From: Gammaproteobacteria bacterium | GTDB lineage: Bacteria; Pseudomonadota; Gammaproteobacteria; Tethybacterales; Persebacteraceae | Assembly: GCA_051009015.1 (NCBI GenBank) | Contig: JBPCWZ010000060.1 | Location: 1-33,512, forward strand | Length of the DNA stretch: 33,512 nucleotides | Reading direction: 5' to 3' | Shown: positions 24,886 to 31,734 of the stretch, piece after piece | Position numbering within the stretch: the stretch's first letter is position 1 | Layout of the letters: each line of letters starts with the position of its first letter | Program-made: the position numbers and the translations under genes | Notes under the pieces: model-generated | Database searches by the model: none | The model's input: the letters and a program-made list of their open reading frames with translations, nothing else | Told to the model about the DNA's origin: nothing

Positions 24886-26181
24886 ATGGGAGCGAAAAAA
24901 TCGCCAATCTTGAATCGGACGCTTTTTACGGGCGATAATTTGGAAATAATGCGGGTGATGAATTCAGAATCGGTGGATTTGATTTATCTTGACCCGCCGT
25001 TCAACAAAAAATATGTCTTTCCGATTGGTAAAGGAGACGCCGCTAAATTTGGTTTCAAGGACGTTTGGGGGTGGGACAGCGCCCCCGATGAAAGCAATCC
25101 CTATTTGCCTTATGCAGAGTTGTATTCATATGCTGAGCTTGTTGCCGCTACGGTGAATGATAATCCGCTCATTGATAAAAAAATGGCGGACAATATTGTT
25201 TCTTTTTTGGATGCCATGGGCAAAATCGCGGGACATTCAGAAATGGCGTATTTATCATTTATGGCGACTCGTTTGGTGGAAATGCGGCGGATTCTTAAGA
25301 AATCGGGCAGCATATATTTGCATTGCGACCCGACCATGTCTCACCCTTTGAAACTGTTGATGGATTGTGTTTTTGGTCAGCAGCAATTTATTAACGAACT
25401 CATTTGGTATTACACCAATGCGTCTCGCGGTAAAAAGCGGTTTGCCAAGTCGCATGATGTGATTTTTTGGTTTAGCAAGTCGCTGCCGCCGCGATTTAAT
25501 AGAGAGAAAATTCTTGCCCCTTTTGCCAGTGGCATGACTCAATGGCGATACACCAAAGGTGGCCAAGTCAGCCAACCAATGCCGCAAGGAAAAACTCCCG
25601 ATGATGTGCTGACCTTGCCCGCTTTGAACGCCATGTCCAAAGAGCGTACCGGCTATCCCACCCAAAAACCGATTGAACTGCTTGAATATATCATCATAAC
25701 TTCGAGCAATGATGGCGATATGGTGTTGGACCCATTTTGCGGGTGTGCGACAACGTGCATAGCTGCCGAAAGATTAAACCGTCAATGGATTGGCATTGAT
25801 GTGGCATCTAATGCGGCGGGGCTTGTGCGCCACCGCTTGCTTGATGAAACCAAGCAAGGCAAAATAGATGATGAAAGAGTGCCGTCAATTATTCATTGCT
25901 CTGCGGATAAAGGGGAATTGCCTATGCGCACCGATATGGGTAAAGCCCGCTCAAAAAACATTCGCAGTATTTTATATGGCAAACAAGCCGGGAATTGCAA
26001 TCTTTGTAAACGCCATTTTGAAATTCGTGATTTTCATATTGACCATATCATTGCACGAAATAAAGGCGGTCCCGATGTAGATGATAACTTGCAACTTCTC
26101 TGCGGTTCTTGCAATGCCATCAAGTCTGATCGAACCATGGAAAAGGCGCGCGAAAGGCTTAAAATGCTGGGGTATATTTAA
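24886..26181 (+). CDS. Beta-class N6/N4 DNA methyltransferase fused to a C-terminal HNH endonuclease domain
   Basis: The ATG at 24886 lies 6 nt after AAGGAGA. Methyltransferase motifs: DLIYLDPPFN (motif IV), SGSIYLHCD, NELIWYY, HDVIFWFSK, YPTQKPIELLEYII and VLDPFCGCATT (motif I). HNH domain: CNLCKRH...HIDHIIARNKGGPDVDDNLQLLCGSCNAIKSD. G+C is lower than in flanking genes; hand counts of single 60-nt lines gave 33-53 percent inside versus 52-55 percent in the flanks. Confidence 0.8.
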   Translation: MGAKKSPILNRTLFTGDNLEIMRVMNSESVDLIYLDPPFNKKYVFPIGKGDAAKFGFKDVWGWDSAPDESNPYLPYAELYSYAELVAATVNDNPLIDKKMADNIVSFLDAMGKIAGHSEMAYLSFMATRLVEMRRILKKSGSIYLHCDPTMSHPLKLLMDCVFGQQQFINELIWYYTNASRGKKRFAKSHDVIFWFSKSLPPRFNREKILAPFASGMTQWRYTKGGQVSQPMPQGKTPDDVLTLPALNAMSKERTGYPTQKPIELLEYIIITSSNDGDMVLDPFCGCATTCIAAERLNRQWIGIDVASNAAGLVRHRLLDETKQGKIDDERVPSIIHCSADKGELPMRTDMGKARSKNIRSILYGKQAGNCNLCKRHFEIRDFHIDHIIARNKGGPDVDDNLQLLCGSCNAIKSDRTMEKARERLKMLGYI

Positions 26182-26303
26182 TCCCCTGTTGCTCGCAAAC
26201 GCTGCCCTACTCGACAACCTGCTCATGGAGTAATCTGTCCGTCCATAATAAGCGTATAATGATTTGACCATAAATGACAGCGCACCATTTGCGCCCTTAC
26301 CGC

Positions 26304-26314
26304 AGGAGAAATTG
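26304..26314. repeat. Right copy of the 11-bp direct repeat AGGAGAAATTG
   Basis: Identical to 24875-24885. It lies 2 nt upstream of the rhodanese ATG (26317). Confidence 0.6.
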
Positions 26315-26316
26315 CC

Positions 26317-26772
26317 ATGTCCATAACCGCGTCACAAGCATTGACCACCGCCGCCCATCGCCAGCAAGAACTTGAACTTTCCTATGCCGGAGCCATGACG
26401 CCAGATGAAGCGTTTGCGGTGCTGCAAGAAAAGCAAGACGCAGTTTTGGTTGATGTGCGTACGGTGCCGGAATTATTGTATGTTGGCCGCGCCCCGGAAG
26501 CGGTGGAAATTCCCTGGCAGGTATATCCGGACATGCAAATTAACAGCGATTTTTTGGATGACTTGCGCCGCCATATTTTGCCAGAACAGCCGGTTTTATT
26601 TTTATGCCGCAGCGGAGTGCGCTCGCATTATGCGGCATCGGCGGCGGCGGCGGTGGGCTATCAGTCCGCGTTTAATGTGCTGGAAGGATTTGAGGGCGAT
26701 TTGGATGACAGCGGTCACCGTGGCAAAATCAATGGCTGGCGCTGTCGTGGGCTGCCGTGGGGGCAGTCTTGA
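26317..26772 (+). CDS. Rhodanese-domain sulfurtransferase
   Basis: LVDVRT..E and the active-site loop LFLCRSGVRS are present. The protein is 151 aa. Confidence 0.8.
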   Translation: MSITASQALTTAAHRQQELELSYAGAMTPDEAFAVLQEKQDAVLVDVRTVPELLYVGRAPEAVEIPWQVYPDMQINSDFLDDLRRHILPEQPVLFLCRSGVRSHYAASAAAAVGYQSAFNVLEGFEGDLDDSGHRGKINGWRCRGLPWGQS

Positions 26773-28088
26773 AACCGCGCCATGGCACGCTAAACATTTA
26801 TGCCCGGCGGCGGCAGCGTTTGGCCGCACTGCTTGGCGATGGCCTGCTGCTCTTGTTGGCGTCTCCGCCCGCCGTCAGCAGTCGCGATGTTTATTATCAT
26901 CCTTATCGCGCGGATAGTTATTTTTATTATTTGACGGGGCTGGCTGAGCCCTTCGCCGCCCTGCTGGTGAGTGTGGAAAATGGGGCGGTCGCCCGTGAAA
27001 TTCTGCTTTGTCAACAACGCGACAAACAGGCCGAACAATGGAGCGGTGAAAGATTGGGACCATTGCGGGCAAGACGGTTGGCGGCGATTGCCGAGAGTGG
27101 CGATATTGGGCGGCTCGACGTATTGCTTGGGGATATGGCGGCTAAACATGACTGCGTGCATTGGCTGCCGGGGGCAGACCAGTCGGTGGATGCCAAGATA
27201 ATGGCTATCGCCGCGGCACGGCGTGGACAAAATCGGGAGGGGGCGCGGGTGTTGCGATTTTTGCGCGATGTGTCTTTGCCGCTGGATGAAATGCGCATGA
27301 TTAAAGATAAGGAGGAGATTGACCTGCTGCGGCAAGCGGCGCAAATTACCGCCAATGGTCACCGTGCCGCCATGCGCGCGGCGGCTTCGGTAAAAACCGA
27401 GGGCGGCATTGAAAGCGCATTGACCGCGGTTTTTCGCGAGGCCGGCGCAACAAATGCTTTTGCCCCGATTGTGGCTTCAGGACGCCATGCGTGTGTTTTG
27501 CATTACACCGCTAACAATGCACGGTTGCGCCCTCAGGGATTAATTTTGACGGATGCGGGGGCGTATATGGGCGGTTATTGCGGCGATATGACGCGGACTT
27601 TTCCGGCGTCGGGGCGTTTTATGCCGGCGCAAGCGGCAGTGTATGATGTGGTATTGCAGGCGCAAAAAAAGGCTTTGGCGGCAGTGCGGCCGGGGGTGGC
27701 GTGGGATGTTGTGGAGCGGGCGGCATCACAGGCGTTGGCGGCCGGGCTGATTGATTTGGGATTGTGCCGAGGAAGTGTGGCGGCAGTGTTGGCACACCAG
27801 CATGAGCGACGTTTTTATATGCACCGAGTCGGTCATTTATTGGGAATGGATGTGCATGATGTTGGGCGGCTGACCACGGCGAAAGGATTATCAAGACGCT
27901 TGCAGGCGGGAATGGTATTGACGATTGAGCCGGGCTTATATATTGCAGATGAGCCCGATATTCCGCGCCCTTTGCGCGGCATCGGTGTGCGCATTGAAGA
28001 TGATGTGCTGGTGACTCGCCGAGGGTGCGAAATTTTATCAGAGGCGCCCAAAACACGGGCGGATATTGAAGATTGGATGAACGGGTAG
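26757..28088 (+). CDS. pepP: Xaa-Pro aminopeptidase
   Basis: Motifs present: YHPYRADSYFYYLTGLAEP, DAGAYMGGYCGDMTRTF, HRVGHLLGMDVHD, VLTIEPGLY and GVRIEDDVLVT. The start is uncertain: GTG 26757 (as in the track) or TTG 26769. Both overlap the rhodanese 3' end. Confidence 0.88.
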   Translation: MGAVLKPRHGTLNIYARRRQRLAALLGDGLLLLLASPPAVSSRDVYYHPYRADSYFYYLTGLAEPFAALLVSVENGAVAREILLCQQRDKQAEQWSGERLGPLRARRLAAIAESGDIGRLDVLLGDMAAKHDCVHWLPGADQSVDAKIMAIAAARRGQNREGARVLRFLRDVSLPLDEMRMIKDKEEIDLLRQAAQITANGHRAAMRAAASVKTEGGIESALTAVFREAGATNAFAPIVASGRHACVLHYTANNARLRPQGLILTDAGAYMGGYCGDMTRTFPASGRFMPAQAAVYDVVLQAQKKALAAVRPGVAWDVVERAASQALAAGLIDLGLCRGSVAAVLAHQHERRFYMHRVGHLLGMDVHDVGRLTTAKGLSRRLQAGMVLTIEPGLYIADEPDIPRPLRGIGVRIEDDVLVTRRGCEILSEAPKTRADIEDWMNG

Positions 28089-28152
28089 CGTTGGCGACGC
28101 CAGCAAAATTTATGCCGACAAATGCCTTTTTTGCTAAGTTAATATTGATGAT

Positions 28153-29301
28153 ATGACGGTGCGCAACATTGATGTTTGTGTGATCGGCGGCGGCATTGTC
28201 GGTCTGACGCTGGCTGCTTTGCTGCGGCAGGGGGGCTGGCAAGTGGCGGTGTTGGAGCGGGCGGTAACAGTGCCGCAGGATGACGGTAAATCGGTGGTTT
28301 TGAATGCGGCGGCGGCACGGACGGTGCAGCAGGTTGGAGTATGGCCAGCGGGAGCGGCAGAATTGCGGCAAGTGTTTGTGTCTTTTGCCGGCGCCCCCGG
28401 AGGGCTCACCGTTGGTGCGGCGGATGGTGTAATTCTGGGTTATGGCGTATCGCATCATGCCATACGGCAGCGGCTTATGGATTTACTGTCCGAGAGTTTG
28501 ATACCGGCTGCCGCAGAATCGCTGTCTTGGGATTCTCACGCGGCACAAGTGGATTATAAAATCGGTGCGGAAGTGGAGCGGTTGCGGGCACGGGTGGCGG
28601 TGGTGGCCGGGGCGTGGGCGGGGCTGCCGTCACCATTTTTGGGGCGGGTGTTTGATTATCGGCAGGCTGTTATTGCTTTTGCCGCCGCCGCCGAAAATTG
28701 GCCGCAGCATTGCGCTTTTGAATCTTTTGGCAAAGAAGGCATGGTGGCCCTGGTGCCGCGTGCCGATAAAGAAAAACCAGTCGGGGTGATTGTGGGTGTG
28801 GCGGCTGCGGCCGGGCGTTTGGCGGTGTTGGATGATAAGTCATTGATGCAGGTGATTAACGATGAATTTGGCGGACGGTTTGGGCTGCATTCGCCCACCG
28901 CACGGTTTACATATGCACCGCAGGCGCGGCGGTCGCGACCTTTGTCAAGCGGGCGGGTGGCGTGTGTGGGAATGGGGGCGACGACTTTGCATCCAGCCGG
29001 GGCGCAAGGGCTAAATCTGGGTTTGGCGGATGCGAATTGTTTGGCGTCTCTTTTGTTGTCGGCGGGTGTGGATCGTGCCGAGAGCGCCTTGCAAACATTT
29101 GCCGGGCGGCGCAGTATGGTTCATGATGCCGTATTGGGCGGCACCAGTCTGCTGGCTTTGGGCGGGCATTTGCGCGCCTTTCCTTTTTGTGTGGCCGGGG
29201 GCGCAGCGGCAGCGATATTGTCGACGATTCTTTCGCCGTGGCAACGGCAGATAGCGGCGATTTTGTCGGGCGGTGGCTCACCCGCGCATTATAAACACTG
29301 A
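28153..29301 (+). CDS. ubiH: FAD-dependent ubiquinone-biosynthesis hydroxylase (UbiH/UbiF/VisC family)
   Basis: It has the dinucleotide fold DVCVIGGGIVGLTLA and the GATTLHPAGAQGLNLGLADA motif. The pepP-ubiH synteny matches E. coli. Confidence 0.75.
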   Translation: MTVRNIDVCVIGGGIVGLTLAALLRQGGWQVAVLERAVTVPQDDGKSVVLNAAAARTVQQVGVWPAGAAELRQVFVSFAGAPGGLTVGAADGVILGYGVSHHAIRQRLMDLLSESLIPAAAESLSWDSHAAQVDYKIGAEVERLRARVAVVAGAWAGLPSPFLGRVFDYRQAVIAFAAAAENWPQHCAFESFGKEGMVALVPRADKEKPVGVIVGVAAAAGRLAVLDDKSLMQVINDEFGGRFGLHSPTARFTYAPQARRSRPLSSGRVACVGMGATTLHPAGAQGLNLGLADANCLASLLLSAGVDRAESALQTFAGRRSMVHDAVLGGTSLLALGGHLRAFPFCVAGGAAAAILSTILSPWQRQIAAILSGGGSPAHYKH

Positions 29302-29474
29302 GCAATTATCCGCGCGGGTGCAGTAATTCTTTGCCAAACACCGTGATTAATGATGTCTTCGGTAGCAGGGATTGGCGGATAAAAAGGCGCGATTTCATAT
29401 GGTGATAATCGCTGGATAATGAGAATCATCAATCGTGCCGCCGGCACGTGGCCACTATAAAATTTAGGGTGCTG

Positions 29475-31454
29475 TTATTGGTTTTTTCCACCGATAAGCC
29501 GCACAATATTTGCCGCCAAAGCTTCCACGCCAAAACCAAAATTTGCGAATAAATCATTTGCTTTGGCTGAGGCGCCAAAACTGCGCATGGCAAATATTTG
29601 CTGGTCCGCGGCATAATGTCGCCAGCTTTGTGGAGCGGCGGCCTCAATCACAAAACGCGGCGCGGTCCCTAAAACTGATTCCCGATAATCAGAGTCTTCC
29701 TGCTCAAAACGCTCCAGGCACGGCAACGATACAACTGCTGCGGCGATGTCATCTGCCGATAGTTTTTGGGCCACCGCCAGCGCTGTTGCCACTTCCGTTC
29801 CGGTGGCGATGATGGTGGCATCTCGCTGTGGCACCGACGCAATGACATATCCTCCGCGCCGGCATAAGTTTTCCGCTGTGGCAACGCGCGGCAAAGGCGG
29901 GGTGTTCTGCCGCGACAAGGCCAGCACCGATGGAGTGGTTGTGTCGGTCAATGCCGCCTCCCAGCATTCCGCGGTTTCCAAGGCATCGGCGGGGCGATAT
30001 ACGTGTAAGTTTGGCATGGCACGCAACGCCGCCAAATGCTCAATCGGCTGATGTGTTGGGCCGTCTTCTCCCAAGCCAATGGAATCGTGTGTCATGACAT
30101 AAATCACCTGCAGCTGCATAAGTGCCGATAAGCGCATCGCCGGCCGACAATAGTCAGAAAACACCAAGAAAGTGCCGCCATATGGCGTTAGCCCATGCAG
30201 TGCCATGCCGTTCATCGCCGCTGCCATGGCGTGTTCGCGCACGCCATAATGAATGTAAGTGCCGCCGGTCGCTGCGGTTATTGTTTGCTGTCCCGCGGCG
30301 CGGGTGTTGTTGGAACCGGTGAGATCCGCCGAGCCGCCAATCAATCCCGGGATAGATTGAGTCAGCGCATTCAACACAAGCTCACTCGCTTTGCGGGTGG
30401 CCATGGTCGGGGCTTCTTGGCTAAAAGATTGTTTGACGGCGTCAAGTGCCGATGACCTTGTGGCGACATGATTTTTTTCGCGCCACTGCCGCCATTTTTT
30501 TTGTGTTGCCACCGGTGCGTTGTCCAAGCGGTCTTGCCATGCGGCATGCTTGTCGGCACCGCGGGCGCCGATTTTGCGCCACTCGGCCAGCAAATTGGGC
30601 GGGATGTGAAAAGGCGGATGCGGCCAATCTAAGCGCTGGCGCGCCGCTTCAATCTCTTCCTGCCCCAGCGGTGCGCCGTGAGCGGCGGCGGTGCCTTCTT
30701 TGTTTGGGGCGCCATGGCCGATAACAGTTTTGCAGGCAATTAATGTTGGGCGGGTGTTATGGCACGCCTGTTGCAGGGCGGTGCGAATGGATTGCGGCTT
30801 GCTGCCGTCTGCTGTTGCCGTATCCCATCCATATGCGGCAAAGCGGCACAAATGGTTGTCCGATACCGACAGATTGGTGGCGCCGTCGATGGTGATGTCG
30901 TTATCATCAAATAATACGATGAGTTTGTGCAGGCGCAAATGGCCAGCCAAGGATGCCGCTTCGTGTGACAGCCCTTCGCACAAACAGCCATCGCCGGCAA
31001 TGACCAAGGTGCGGTGGTCCACCAAGTCTTCGCCAAACTCGGCACGCTCAATGTGTTCGGCAAGAGCCATGCCGACCGCGGTGGCGAGCCCTTGTCCCAA
31101 TGGGCCGGTGGTGGTTTCAACGCCGGGGGTGTGACCATATTCGGGGTGGCCAGGGGTGATGCTTCCCCACTGCCGAAAATTTTGCAGCTGCACCATATCC
31201 ATCTGCGGATAACCGCATAGATGAAGAAGTGAATACAGCAGCATGGAGCCGTGTCCAGCAGAAAGAACAAAGCGGTCACGGTCGGGCCAGTTTGGTGCTG
31301 AAGCGTGAAATTTGAGAAACTCCGCAAACAGCACAGTGGCGACATCGGCCATGCCCATAGGCATTCCCGGGTGTCCTGAATTGGCGCGCTGCACTGCGTC
31401 TGCTGACAAAAAGCGGATGCAGTTAGCAAGGTCGCGGATAGATGGATATGACAT
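29475..31454 (-). CDS. tkt: Transketolase
   Basis: Motifs present: RFLSADAVQRANSGHPGMPMGMA, the GDGCLCEG TPP motif, and HDSIGLGEDGPTHQP. Confidence 0.93.
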   Translation of the reverse strand: MSYPSIRDLANCIRFLSADAVQRANSGHPGMPMGMADVATVLFAEFLKFHASAPNWPDRDRFVLSAGHGSMLLYSLLHLCGYPQMDMVQLQNFRQWGSITPGHPEYGHTPGVETTTGPLGQGLATAVGMALAEHIERAEFGEDLVDHRTLVIAGDGCLCEGLSHEAASLAGHLRLHKLIVLFDDNDITIDGATNLSVSDNHLCRFAAYGWDTATADGSKPQSIRTALQQACHNTRPTLIACKTVIGHGAPNKEGTAAAHGAPLGQEEIEAARQRLDWPHPPFHIPPNLLAEWRKIGARGADKHAAWQDRLDNAPVATQKKWRQWREKNHVATRSSALDAVKQSFSQEAPTMATRKASELVLNALTQSIPGLIGGSADLTGSNNTRAAGQQTITAATGGTYIHYGVREHAMAAAMNGMALHGLTPYGGTFLVFSDYCRPAMRLSALMQLQVIYVMTHDSIGLGEDGPTHQPIEHLAALRAMPNLHVYRPADALETAECWEAALTDTTTPSVLALSRQNTPPLPRVATAENLCRRGGYVIASVPQRDATIIATGTEVATALAVAQKLSADDIAAAVVSLPCLERFEQEDSDYRESVLGTAPRFVIEAAAPQSWRHYAADQQIFAMRSFGASAKANDLFANFGFGVEALAANIVRLIGGKNQ

Positions 31455-31734
31455 GGCAAAGGGTGAATTATAAGGTATCTTGGCGGACAGAGCATTAGTC
31501 AGTGTCCGTCTTGGCTGTTTTTAACTGCTCATATGCAATAATATTTTTGTGTTGTTATTTACGATATTTTCAGCATAAGGGAGTATTTAATGAATCATGG
31601 AATAATTTTATGTGTTAAAATTACTGCATATCACACTTATTTATGCCATTCCCTGAAAAGGCGACTATAAATATGTTGTCAGGTGAGAAGAGTTTCTAAA
31701 AATTATCAATAGATTTTTTATTACGCAAGAATAA

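Noticed and set aside
27619-28458. 279-aa minus-strand ORF spanning the pepP/ubiH junction
   Set aside because: It overlaps two well-supported + strand genes and is a low-complexity His/Pro/Ala-rich translation.
29434-29448. Palindrome cgtgccgccggcacg between convergent ubiH and tkt as a bidirectional terminator
   Set aside because: It has only a 6-bp stem with a 3-nt loop and no T tract on either strand, which is too weak to call.
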